This document shows, piece by piece, positions 20,041-28,886 of a DNA stretch of 64,000 nucleotides. The notes under the pieces are model-generated. The model saw nothing but the letters and a program-made list of their open reading frames with translations, was not told where the DNA came from and ran no database searches. This DNA comes from Candidatus Kaelpia aquatica (GTDB lineage Bacteria; Omnitrophota; Gorgyraeia; Kaelpiales; Kaelpiaceae): positions 6,784 through 70,783 of the forward strand of contig JAVCCU010000025.1 in the NCBI GenBank assembly GCA_030765335.1. The letters are read 5' to 3'. The position numbers and the translations under genes are program-made. Position 1 is the first letter of the stretch. Each line of letters starts with the position of its first letter.

Positions 20041-20745
20041 TTGAAGACAGCTATAATAGTTCCAACCTACAATGAGAGAGAGAACATCCTTTTCCTTATA
20101 GATATATTAAGGAAGAGATATCCTGAGTTTGATCTCTTAGTTATTGACGATAACTCTCCCGATATGACTTATGAAGTGGTTAGAGAGTTCTCTATGAGGG
20201 ATGATAAAGTCAAACTGCTCTTTAGAGAAAGAAAGGAGGGTTTAGGCAGGGCGCTCTGTTCTGGCTATCGCTATAGTATGGCCAATGGTTATCAAAGGTT
20301 AATACAGCTTGATGCTGATTTCTCTCATCCTCCTGAGTATATTGATTTAATATTAAAAGGTTTGAACTCTGCAGGCCTTGTTATAGCCTCCAGAAATATA
20401 GCCGGAGGCGGGGTTGAGAATTGGTCTCTGTTTAGGATATTAGTGAGCCGTTTAGCCAATCTGGCAACTAGTATTATGCTAAGACTAGGAGTGAGAGATG
20501 CAACCTCTGGTTTTAGAGGGTTCTCAAGAGATTTTATAGAAGATTTTATAAAAAAAGGCCCTATATCTAGAGGTTATATTATCCAAGTTGAGACAACCTT
20601 CTATGCTAGAAGATTGGGTTATGGTATAAAAGAAGTACCTTTTATATATAGAGAGCGGGAAAGAGGTAAGTCAAAGTTAGATATCAAGGAAGTTTTGATT
20701 TCGGTTTTTACACTCATAAGGCTTGCTTTTAAAAGATGTAATTGA
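20041..20745 (+). CDS. GT2 polyprenol monophosphomannose synthase-like glycosyltransferase
   Basis: VPTYNERENI, DDNSPD, DADFSH, DATSGFR. Confidence 0.88.
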   Translation: MKTAIIVPTYNERENILFLIDILRKRYPEFDLLVIDDNSPDMTYEVVREFSMRDDKVKLLFRERKEGLGRALCSGYRYSMANGYQRLIQLDADFSHPPEYIDLILKGLNSAGLVIASRNIAGGGVENWSLFRILVSRLANLATSIMLRLGVRDATSGFRGFSRDFIEDFIKKGPISRGYIIQVETTFYARRLGYGIKEVPFIYRERERGKSKLDIKEVLISVFTLIRLAFKRCN

Positions 20746-20777
20746 ATAATTAAGCTATTACGTATAGAATTTTTAAA

Positions 20778-21857
20778 ATGAAATACAGATTTTTATTGAT
20801 ATTATTGGTGCTCTCGATGGGTTGTGCAACTATGCCTTCTGGCAGATACTCTTCTTATTATAGAGAGATAGATGAAAAAGGGCATATATCTTTAAATGAA
20901 TTTGCCAGGAAGCATGATTTTCAGATAGACTTTGATCCTTTTCTTAAGAAAGTATATCTTACCAAAGGAGATAGCATAGAGCTGATATTTGCATTGGAAT
21001 CTTCAGTAGCCTTGCTCAATGATCAGGTTCTTAGGCTGCAGGACAGTTTAAAAGTAGAGAGAGGAGATATTAGGCTCTCTTCCCAAAGTGCCAGAATGAT
21101 TATAAATCAGATCTACTATGATAAGAAGCCTCAGGAAAAGAAGCAGAAGAAGATATCGGATATCCATAGAGTGCATACTATTGTATTAGATCCCGGACAT
21201 GGTGGAAAAGATCCCGGGGCAATAGGTGTAAGCGGGGTTAAAGAGAAAGATCTGGTTTTAAGTATAGCAAAGATACTTAAATCTAAACTGGCGTCTGCAG
21301 GTTATAAGGTAAAGATGACACGTAGCGATGATAGTTATGTTTCACTCTGGAATAGAGTTGCTTTTGCTAACCGTGAGGGAGCGGATCTCTTTCTCTCGAT
21401 ACATGCTAACAGTGCCCGGGCAAAGAGCGCCTCTGGGTTTGAGGTTTTTTATCTTTCAGAGGCAAGCGATGAAAGCGCAAGGTCGCTTGCTGCAGCTGAG
21501 AACTATCCCTTGGGGTTTGAGGAGAGCCTATCTCAAGATTTAAATGTTCAGGCAACTATCTGGGACCTTCTGTATACTGAGAATAGAAAAGATGCAATAA
21601 AGCTAGGCAGAAAGATATGTTTAGCCATGGATAGCTTGGTTTCAACGAAAAATAGAGGTTTAAAGAGCGCTAATTTTTATATTTTAAGAGGAGCGCAGAT
21701 GCCGGCTGTATTAGTAGAGGTTGGATTTATCTCCAATAAATATGAGGAGTCTAATTTAAATACCTGGAGATTCAAGAGTAATATAGCAGAGGCATTAGTT
21801 AGAGGAGTTGAATCTTATGAGAAAGAGTATCTGGTGAGCCATGGATATAATAGATAG
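20778..21857 (+). CDS. N-acetylmuramoyl-L-alanine amidase (Amidase_3), lipoprotein
   Basis: lipobox-like SMGC; LDPGHGGKDPG, EK, SIHAN, LVEVGFISN. Confidence 0.92.
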   Translation: MKYRFLLILLVLSMGCATMPSGRYSSYYREIDEKGHISLNEFARKHDFQIDFDPFLKKVYLTKGDSIELIFALESSVALLNDQVLRLQDSLKVERGDIRLSSQSARMIINQIYYDKKPQEKKQKKISDIHRVHTIVLDPGHGGKDPGAIGVSGVKEKDLVLSIAKILKSKLASAGYKVKMTRSDDSYVSLWNRVAFANREGADLFLSIHANSARAKSASGFEVFYLSEASDESARSLAAAENYPLGFEESLSQDLNVQATIWDLLYTENRKDAIKLGRKICLAMDSLVSTKNRGLKSANFYILRGAQMPAVLVEVGFISNKYEESNLNTWRFKSNIAEALVRGVESYEKEYLVSHGYNR

Positions 21858-22686
21858 AAGAGAACTGCCAATAGCTGTCTTTGATTCCGGAGTAGGGGGT
21901 CTTACAATTGTTAAGGAGATTTTAAATATCTTACCTCAGGAATCAGTGCTCTATTTAGGTGATACTGCGCGGGTACCTTATGGAGCTAAATCAGCCGAGA
22001 CAGTTAAGAGGTTTACAGAGGAGGCTATCTCTTTTTTCAAACCCAAAGGGATAAAGATGCTTCTCATTGCTTGTAATACCTCATCTAGCCTGGCTCTACC
22101 TAGTCTTAGAGAAGATTATGGTTTTAAAATACTGGGGGTAGTTGATGCCGGAGCAGAAGAGGCTGCTAAGGTGAGCAGGATTAAGAGGATTGGAGTGATA
22201 GGGACAGAGGCGACCATAAGCAGCGGGATCTATGAGAGAAAATTAAAAGAGTTAGACCCAAGCTTAGAAGTTTTCAGTAAGTCTTGCCCTCTCCTTGTTC
22301 CTCTTGTTGAAGAGGGGTGGATAGATGAACCTGAAAGCTATAAAATAGCTTCTAAATATTTAAAGAGCTTAAAGGATAAGAAGATTGATACTTTAATATT
22401 GGGTTGTACGCATTATCCTTTAATGAAGAAGATGATTCAATATGGGATAGGTGAACATGTTGCATTGATAGATTCTGCCAAAGCTTTCATAAAGAGAGTA
22501 AGAAATGTTTTATCAAGCGATGATATTCTCTCTAATAGAAAAGATAAAGAGTACAGGTTCTATGTAACAGATGAGCCGGGTAAATTCAAAGAGCTTAGTG
22601 AGGTTTTTTTAGGCGCTGCCTTAGGTACAGTTGAGAGAGTTGATTTAAAGGAGTGTAATAATGTATCAGATTTCAATAAAGTCTAG
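21841..22686 (+). CDS. murI: glutamate racemase
   Basis: FDSGVGGL, PYG, ACNTSS, LGCTHYP. Confidence 0.96.
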   Translation: MDIIDRRELPIAVFDSGVGGLTIVKEILNILPQESVLYLGDTARVPYGAKSAETVKRFTEEAISFFKPKGIKMLLIACNTSSSLALPSLREDYGFKILGVVDAGAEEAAKVSRIKRIGVIGTEATISSGIYERKLKELDPSLEVFSKSCPLLVPLVEEGWIDEPESYKIASKYLKSLKDKKIDTLILGCTHYPLMKKMIQYGIGEHVALIDSAKAFIKRVRNVLSSDDILSNRKDKEYRFYVTDEPGKFKELSEVFLGAALGTVERVDLKECNNVSDFNKV

Positions 22687-23029
22687 TTTTTCTGCTGCCC
22701 ATAACTTAAGGGAATATAAGGGTAAGTGTGAGAACCTTCATGGCCATAACTGGAACATAGAGGTCTTTGTAGAATCAGATAGATTGAATAAGGAAGGCAT
22801 GGTTATTGACTTTATAGATTTAAAAGCAATCTTAAAAGAGGCGCTGGCTAAGTTGGATCATAACTATATAAATGAGGTTAAGCCGTTCGATAGTTTGAAT
22901 CCGACATCTGAGAATCTCTCCTGGTACATCTTTAGGGCGATGGGAGAGGCTCTCTCTGATAATGGTATTAGAGTAAAGAGAGTTGATGTTTGGGAGACTG
23001 AATCATCTAGAGCCAGCTACTATGAATAA
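22661..23029 (+). CDS. queD: 6-carboxytetrahydropterin synthase
   Basis: FSAAH, CENLHGHN, LDH, NPTSEN, VWET. Confidence 0.94.
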   Translation: MYQISIKSSFSAAHNLREYKGKCENLHGHNWNIEVFVESDRLNKEGMVIDFIDLKAILKEALAKLDHNYINEVKPFDSLNPTSENLSWYIFRAMGEALSDNGIRVKRVDVWETESSRASYYE

Positions 23030-23690
23030 TAAAAAGGGAATTGTTCTATTATCAGGGGGGCTTGACTCTTCAACCTCTCTTTATTATGCGCTAGATAAGG
23101 GTTATGAAATTAAAGCTCTTATTTTTGACTACGGTCAGAGAGATAAGAGAGAGATTGATTTAGCTAAGAGCATAGCTCAGGCAGCAGGAGTTGAATATGA
23201 GATTATTAATCTAGATTTTAGCTGGGGCGGCAGTGCTCTTTTAGATAAAGATATAGAATTACCTCAGGGAGATTTGGAGAGGGAAGATATACCCCTAAGT
23301 TATGTGCCTTCAAGAAATATAGTCTTTCTCTCTATTGCTTTAAGCTATGCTGAGGCAAAGTTATTTGATGAGATATTTATCGGTGCTAATGCGGTTGACT
23401 ATTCCGGGTATCCGGACTGCAGGCCTGATTTCATGGAGGCATTTCAAAGAGTTGCAGATTGCGGGACAAAATCAGGCATTGAGGGCAGACCAATAAAGAT
23501 ATCAGCTCCTTTACTTAAGTTAAAAAAATCAGAGATTATAAAGTTAGGCAATAGTTTAGGTGTCCCCTTTGATTTAACTTCCTCTTGCTATGAAGGAGAC
23601 AGTGAGCCCTGTATGAAGTGTGACTCTTGCTTAATAAGAGAGAGAGGCTTTAAAGAGGCAGGATTAGAAGATCCTATAATAAAAAGATGA
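23022..23690 (+). CDS. queC: 7-cyano-7-deazaguanine synthase (start revised to ATG 23022)
   Basis: LLSGGLDS, YVPSRN, YPDCR, SCY...CMKCDSC. Confidence 0.95.
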   Translation: MNNKKGIVLLSGGLDSSTSLYYALDKGYEIKALIFDYGQRDKREIDLAKSIAQAAGVEYEIINLDFSWGGSALLDKDIELPQGDLEREDIPLSYVPSRNIVFLSIALSYAEAKLFDEIFIGANAVDYSGYPDCRPDFMEAFQRVADCGTKSGIEGRPIKISAPLLKLKKSEIIKLGNSLGVPFDLTSSCYEGDSEPCMKCDSCLIRERGFKEAGLEDPIIKR

Positions 23691-24367
23691 AAAATTCAAA
23701 AGCTAAGATATCAGAAATTTTTTACTCTATTCAGGGTGAAGGGATATATTTGGGTTATCCTCAGGTGTTTATAAGGTTTTGGGGTTGTAATCTAGGCAGC
23801 TGCCAGTATTGCGATACCAAGCTTAATGATTTTAAAGAATATACTCTAGAGCGTATTAAAAAAGAGATCAGAGGTTTAAATAAAGGTTGCCATTCGATAT
23901 CTCTTACGGGAGGAGAGCCTTTAGTTCAGGCTGATTTTATCAAAAAATTATTAGGTTCTCTAGAAGATAGCGAGAAGGTTTATCTTGAGACTAACGGAGT
24001 ATTGTCTAAGCAGCTTGAAAAAATCATAGAAGATGTTGATATAGTTGCTATGGATATGAAGCTTCCTTCATCTTCAGGTTTAAAGCCTTTTTGGGATGAG
24101 CATAGAAAGTTCTTACTTGTTGCCTGGGAGAAGCAGGTTTTTGTTAAGATGGTTGTAGTAGAAAAGACCACCGTAAAAGATTTTAGAAGGGCTCTTGAGA
24201 TTATCCTCTCTGTTGACACTTCAATCCCTCTTGTTATCCAGCCCCACTTTGAAGATAGCTCTCCTAAACTCGTAGATAAACTGCTAAGGTTTCAGGAGGA
24301 GGCTTTTAGATCTCTGATACATGTAAGGGTAATACCCCAGCTTCATAAAGGAATGAATATAAGATGA
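23687..24367 (+). CDS. queE: 7-carboxy-7-deazaguanine synthase (radical SAM)
   Basis: EIFYSIQGEG, GCNLGSCQYCDT, TGGEP, LETNG, PQLHK; adjacent to queDC. Confidence 0.92.
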   Translation: MKNSKAKISEIFYSIQGEGIYLGYPQVFIRFWGCNLGSCQYCDTKLNDFKEYTLERIKKEIRGLNKGCHSISLTGGEPLVQADFIKKLLGSLEDSEKVYLETNGVLSKQLEKIIEDVDIVAMDMKLPSSSGLKPFWDEHRKFLLVAWEKQVFVKMVVVEKTTVKDFRRALEIILSVDTSIPLVIQPHFEDSSPKLVDKLLRFQEEAFRSLIHVRVIPQLHKGMNIR

Positions 24368-25203
24368 GAGTAGATTTTAAAAGAATAGCCAAAGAGCTCT
24401 ACCTAGAAGCAAGTTTTAATCTAAGAAGAGATATTAGAAAGGCTTTAGTTAAAGCCTATAGTCAGGAGAGAGAGAAACTAGTTAAAGAAGCTTTAAGTGC
24501 AATCTTAAAGAATGGAGATCTTGCCAAGAAAAATAGAATGGCAATCTGCCAGGATACAGGTTATCCGGTATTATTTTTAAAAATCGGTGATATCGGAATT
24601 AAGAATTTAAACAGTATAACAGGAGATTTAACCAAAGGGATAAGAGAGGCCACTATAAGAGGTCATTTACGTTACTCGGTTGTAGTAGATCCATTAGATA
24701 GAATGAAAATAGCACCCAATATACCTCCTATATTTCATATAGAGTTTAATAACAGCAAGAGGTTAGAGATAGAACTTTTAGTTAAAGGGTTTGGCTCTGA
24801 GAATCAGACAAAGCTCTCTATGTTGAGTCCAAATACTTTAGATAGCGATATTGTAGGTATTGTAGCTGATCATATTAAGGTTGTTGGGTCTAAAGCCTGC
24901 CCGCCTTATGTAATAGGTATTGGAATCGGGGGAACTGCCGATAAGGCTATTATACTCTCAAAAGAGGCAGCATTAATTAGCTTAGATAAGAAAAATAAAA
25001 ATAAGAGACTAGCAGATTTAGAGCAGAGGATAAGAGAAGAAGTAAATAAGCTTAAGATAGGGCCTTTAGGTGTGGGCGGGGAGACGACCTGTCTAGGCGC
25101 TAAGGTGCTAACACATCCAACACATATCGCAGGGTTGCCCCTTGGAATAACGGTATCCTGTCATGCTGTGAGATCTGCCAAGAAAATTATCAAGTTTAAA
25201 TAA
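24364..25203 (+). CDS. Fe-S fumarate/tartrate hydro-lyase alpha subunit
   Basis: ICQDTG, KGFGSEN, ACPP, IGPLGVGG, THIAGLP, SCHAVR. Confidence 0.9.
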   Translation: MRVDFKRIAKELYLEASFNLRRDIRKALVKAYSQEREKLVKEALSAILKNGDLAKKNRMAICQDTGYPVLFLKIGDIGIKNLNSITGDLTKGIREATIRGHLRYSVVVDPLDRMKIAPNIPPIFHIEFNNSKRLEIELLVKGFGSENQTKLSMLSPNTLDSDIVGIVADHIKVVGSKACPPYVIGIGIGGTADKAIILSKEAALISLDKKNKNKRLADLEQRIREEVNKLKIGPLGVGGETTCLGAKVLTHPTHIAGLPLGITVSCHAVRSAKKIIKFK

Positions 25204-25736
25204 TGAATATAGAGAGTCCGTTAACAGCCGGTATTATTAAAAGCCTAAAAGCGGGGGAGCTGGTTTATTTAAGCGGAGCTATTTATACAGCTCGTGATAA
25301 GGCTCATAAGAAGATATTTGATTTAATAGATAAAGGAAGAGAGCTGCCTTTTAACTTAAAAGATTCAATTATATATTACTGCGGACCTGCTCCAAAAAAG
25401 AGAGGAGAGGCTATAGGATCTTGCGGTCCTACGACAAGCTCTAGAATGGATAAGCATACCCCTTTACTCTATGAGTTAGGGCTAGGGGCAACAATAGGAA
25501 AAGGAGAGAGGGGTGAAGATGTAGTAGATGCTGTTAAAAAGTATAAAGGAGTATATTTCTTAGCCTGGGGTGGTTGCGGTGCCTATCTAAGCAGCTTTGT
25601 TAAGAGTTCAAAAATAATAGCATTTAAAGAGTTAGGTGCTGAGGCAATTAGAAGATTAGAGGTTGAGAGATTTCCTTTGGTTGTTGCAGTAGACAGCTAT
25701 GGTAATAAAATATGGGATAAAAGGGGTAAAAAATGA
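25203..25736 (+). CDS. Fe-S fumarate/tartrate hydro-lyase beta subunit
   Basis: [31 protein letters not shown]. Confidence 0.9.
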   Translation: MNIESPLTAGIIKSLKAGELVYLSGAIYTARDKAHKKIFDLIDKGRELPFNLKDSIIYYCGPAPKKRGEAIGSCGPTTSSRMDKHTPLLYELGLGATIGKGERGEDVVDAVKKYKGVYFLAWGGCGAYLSSFVKSSKIIAFKELGAEAIRRLEVERFPLVVAVDSYGNKIWDKRGKK

Positions 25737-26452
25737 GATTAGATAATAGAAGTAATGATCAGTTGAGAAAAGTTAAGATTACAAAAGATTATATTGAATA
25801 TGCAGAAGGTTCATGTCTTATTGAAGTGGGCAATACCAAAGTGATCTGCACCGCTTCAGTTGAAGAAAAGGTTCCGCCTTTTTTGAGAAATTCAGGAAGC
25901 GGCTGGATTACAGCAGAATACAGCATGCTACCCAGGTCTTGTAAGAGTAGAGTTGTAAGAGAGGCCAGGAAGGGTTCAGTTGGAGGAAGAACTAGTGAGA
26001 TTCAGCGCCTGATAGGAAGATCTCTAAGAGCAGTAGTAAATTTAAAGGGTTTTGGTGAGAGGACCATCTGGATAGATTGCGATGTTGTCCAGGCAGATGG
26101 AGGGACCCGCACAGCATCTATTACAGGTGGTTTTGTTGCTCTATATTTAGCATTTCAGAAACTTATAAAAGATGAGGCTATTAAAGAGAGTCCAGTTAAA
26201 ACTTTTTTAGCTGCAGTCTCTGTTGGTTTAATAGATAAAGAGGTAATGCTTGATTTGGCATACAGTGAGGATTTTAAAGCCGATGTTGATATGAATCTTG
26301 TTATGACTGAATCTAAAGATATTGTTGAGATTCAGGGAACAGCTGAAGGAGAGCCGTTCTCAAAGAGAAAGATGGATCAGCTTGTAAAGCTAGCAGAGAA
26401 AGGAATAGAAGAGTTAATAGCTATCCAGAAGAAGACTCTAAAGGTTAAATGA
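25733..26452 (+). CDS. rph: ribonuclease PH
   Basis: [39 protein letters not shown]. Confidence 0.97.
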   Translation: MRLDNRSNDQLRKVKITKDYIEYAEGSCLIEVGNTKVICTASVEEKVPPFLRNSGSGWITAEYSMLPRSCKSRVVREARKGSVGGRTSEIQRLIGRSLRAVVNLKGFGERTIWIDCDVVQADGGTRTASITGGFVALYLAFQKLIKDEAIKESPVKTFLAAVSVGLIDKEVMLDLAYSEDFKADVDMNLVMTESKDIVEIQGTAEGEPFSKRKMDQLVKLAEKGIEELIAIQKKTLKVK

Positions 26453-27042
26453 AGAGGCTCCTCCTTGCTACTTTCAATCAAAATAAAGTCAAAGAGATTA
26501 CTCAGATTGCTGGAGATTTAAATCTTGAAATTGAATTTCTATACTTAAAAGACTTTAATAATATAAAGGAAGCCGTTGAAGACGGTAAGACATTTAAAGA
26601 TAATGCTATTAAGAAGGCAAGAGATTATTATACACAAACCGGCATTGTTACACTGGCTGAAGATTCAGGGCTTGCGGTAGATGCTTTAGATGGAGAGCCC
26701 GGAGTATATTCAGCTCGCTTCGGGGGGGAAGATAAAGATGATTATAAGAACAATCTTAAATTACTCCATATCTTAGAAGGCGTAACGGATAGAGCTGCTC
26801 ATTTTGTCTGCTCCGCTGCTTTAGCTATATCTAGGGATAACATAGAGACATTTGAAGGTATATTAGATGGTAGCATATCTTGTCATATGATGGGGAATAG
26901 CGGTTTCGGCTATGACCCTCTATTTATACCTAAAGATTGCGATAAGACGCTGGCTGAACTAGGCTCAAATATAAAGAATAAGATCTCACATAGATATAGG
27001 GCAATTAGAGATGTTTTTAACTTTATAAAGGAGAATTATTAG
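26449..27042 (+). CDS. rdgB: non-canonical purine NTP pyrophosphatase
   Basis: [27 protein letters not shown]. Confidence 0.95.
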   Translation: MKRLLLATFNQNKVKEITQIAGDLNLEIEFLYLKDFNNIKEAVEDGKTFKDNAIKKARDYYTQTGIVTLAEDSGLAVDALDGEPGVYSARFGGEDKDDYKNNLKLLHILEGVTDRAAHFVCSAALAISRDNIETFEGILDGSISCHMMGNSGFGYDPLFIPKDCDKTLAELGSNIKNKISHRYRAIRDVFNFIKENY

Positions 27043-27057
27043 AATTTTGGGGGTGAC

Positions 27058-27165
27058 TTGTATTTTAAGTCTAATGTGGTATAAATATTGTATGATATGT
27101 TTAAAATGAACAAATTAAAAAAATATAGCAACCGACTTGACAGCAGATTATATTATGGTATAAAT
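27058..27165 (+). promoter_or_regulatory. two tandem sigma70-type promoters of orphan cluster
   Basis: TTGTAT(27058)...TGGTATAAAT(27077) and TTGACA(27137)...TGGTATAAAT(27156). Confidence 0.6.
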
Positions 27166-27325
27166 ATTACAGGAGGTAGAAGGGCTTGAGAAAAAGATTA
27201 TGAAGAGAACAAAACTTAACAACATTATTCTCTGTATTATCGGTGCTCAGGAGGGGCATTGTCAAGATAGATTAAGGAATTCAAATAAACGGGTGTTTAA
27301 TTTGGTAAAAAAGGAGGAAGTTAAA

Positions 27326-27805
27326 ATGAATAAAGCATTAGTAATTCTTGTGTTAGGCATGTTGTTTATAACTCAGCTTGCATCTGCAGCAATTAATCAA
27401 ACAGGTCAAATCGCAATAAGTTTAAGGTTGGGTCAGGTGATTAACGAACGAGCTGATCAGGAAATTGAAGGTGCTCGCGAAATAAATGGAATCGCTGCAG
27501 GTATTGACGCTGGTACCATAGCGGTAACCGATAGAACTGTAGCAGAAAACGAAGGAGCGGCTTTTCTTGATTTTGTAAATAAAGTAAATGGTTTAAGCGA
27601 TGAAAAAACTAATGATGCAGTTGAAATTAAGCAATGTGCAGCTATGGCATTGAATGGTTCTGAATTAAGTTTGCCAGCTGAAGCAGTCGATGTGTTGGCT
27701 GGTAAGTGGTCTGATAATCTTGATAGCATGCTTGAGGAATTACAGAAAGCAGATCAGGTGTTAGACGATGATACGATGACTGCAGTTATGAATATACAAG
27801 AATAA
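27326..27805 (+). CDS. secreted acidic hypothetical protein (159 aa; start revised)
   Basis: AAGGAGG RBS before ATG 27326; signal peptide MNKALVILVLGMLFITQLASA. Confidence 0.75.
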   Translation: MNKALVILVLGMLFITQLASAAINQTGQIAISLRLGQVINERADQEIEGAREINGIAAGIDAGTIAVTDRTVAENEGAAFLDFVNKVNGLSDEKTNDAVEIKQCAAMALNGSELSLPAEAVDVLAGKWSDNLDSMLEELQKADQVLDDDTMTAVMNIQE

Positions 27806-27816
27806 ATATTACGGAT

Positions 27817-27842
27817 GCTGGAGGCCTAAATAGGCCTCCAGC
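27817..27842. other. perfect intercistronic hairpin (RNA stability element or weak terminator)
   Basis: GCTGGAGGCCTA-AA-TAGGCCTCCAGC, no long U-tract. Confidence 0.7.
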
Positions 27843-27860
27843 TTAAAAGGGGAGAGTATT

Positions 27861-28009
27861 ATGAATAGAAAAAAGAAGATGTTTAAAACAAGGCAGCAAG
27901 AGTCTTTTTTTTATTCAATTAATAAAATCTTAATAAAAGATTTCATTAGCATTGTTGTTGCCTGCTCAATGCTTTTTGCTAATACTATCTGTTTGGCTGG
28001 CGATGAAGC
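27861..28009 (+). repeat. leader cassette copy 1 (149 bp direct repeat)
   Basis: 143/149 identical to 28738-28886 by hand alignment. Confidence 0.95.
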
Positions 28010-28745
28010 TGAGACAGTACATGCTGATGGTGTATTCACAACTATGCCTATGGCCCCTGCGGCCAGCGATCTTATGGGTGTATCTTTGATTGACCAGACA
28101 GAAATTGTTGCAATAGAGCGGGTAGGAGTATTGCGCATAGAAGAGTTTAATGTAGGTTTTCAAGTAACATATATGCTTAACAATGGTGCCAAGATGCTAC
28201 AAAGTTTAATCGTTTATCTTCCTATTAAGCGTGATGAAAATGAAGCGATAAGTGTCCCCGATGTCTATATCGAAACTCCTGAAATATCTGAAGCTGGGTT
28301 TCGTGGTGAATCTTGGAATATAAATCCTGGAGATGATTCTATTGGTTATCTTGAGATAGTAATTGTTAATAATGGAATTAACCTTATTACAGAGTATGCT
28401 CCGATTACTGATACGGCGATGGGTATTGAATTTACATATGATGGAGCTACGCGTGGCGTTTACAACCATGACCTTGATGATATTGATATGCTTAATCAAT
28501 GTACATCGATTGTGAAAACATTAAATTTCTTTCTCAATCTCGAAGATTTTGATAGCAACAGTGCTAGCCATAGCGTTGAAAATCCTTCGATTGATAATCC
28601 TTCGGTTGATAATGAAAGTAACTCAATTTTAGATCATTTTCAAACCTTTGCGTTGCGTTTTTTTCCTGCACTTTTTCTTGGAGGCACTTTAGCTTATGAG
28701 ATATATCTCCAACAGCAGCGTTGGATTAGGAGGAGTAATGAATAG
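27861..28745 (+). CDS. secreted acidic hypothetical protein with C-terminal hydrophobic anchor
   Basis: extended signal peptide; C-terminal FALRFFPALFLGGTLAYEIYL followed by basic tail. Confidence 0.7.
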   Translation: MNRKKKMFKTRQQESFFYSINKILIKDFISIVVACSMLFANTICLAGDEAETVHADGVFTTMPMAPAASDLMGVSLIDQTEIVAIERVGVLRIEEFNVGFQVTYMLNNGAKMLQSLIVYLPIKRDENEAISVPDVYIETPEISEAGFRGESWNINPGDDSIGYLEIVIVNNGINLITEYAPITDTAMGIEFTYDGATRGVYNHDLDDIDMLNQCTSIVKTLNFFLNLEDFDSNSASHSVENPSIDNPSVDNESNSILDHFQTFALRFFPALFLGGTLAYEIYLQQQRWIRRSNE

Positions 28746-28886
28746 AAAAAAGAAGATGTTTAAAGCAAGGCAGCAAGCATATTTTTTGTATTTAATTAAT
28801 AAAATCTTAATAAAAGATTTCATTAGCATTGTTGTTGCCTGCTCAATGCTTTTTGCTAATACTATCTGTTTGGCTGGCGATGAAGC
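28738..28886 (+). repeat. leader cassette copy 2 (149 bp direct repeat)
   Basis: 143/149 identical to 27861-28009; last 93 bp identical. Confidence 0.95.

Noticed and set aside
22661-24367. queDCE as a 7-deazaguanine DNA-modification (dpd) defence island
   Set aside because: Embedded in a housekeeping operon with no dpdA/tgt-like or other dpd genes; ordinary queuosine precursor synthesis.
27170-27325. Riboswitch or leader peptide in the long 5' leader of the orphan cluster
   Set aside because: No recognisable aptamer motif or strong structure; the 42-codon upstream extension is better explained as an over-called start.
27861-28886. Diversity-generating retroelement TR/VR pair
   Set aside because: The six mismatches are not confined to adenines of one copy, the repeat is at the 5' end of the genes, and there is no reverse transcriptase in the window.
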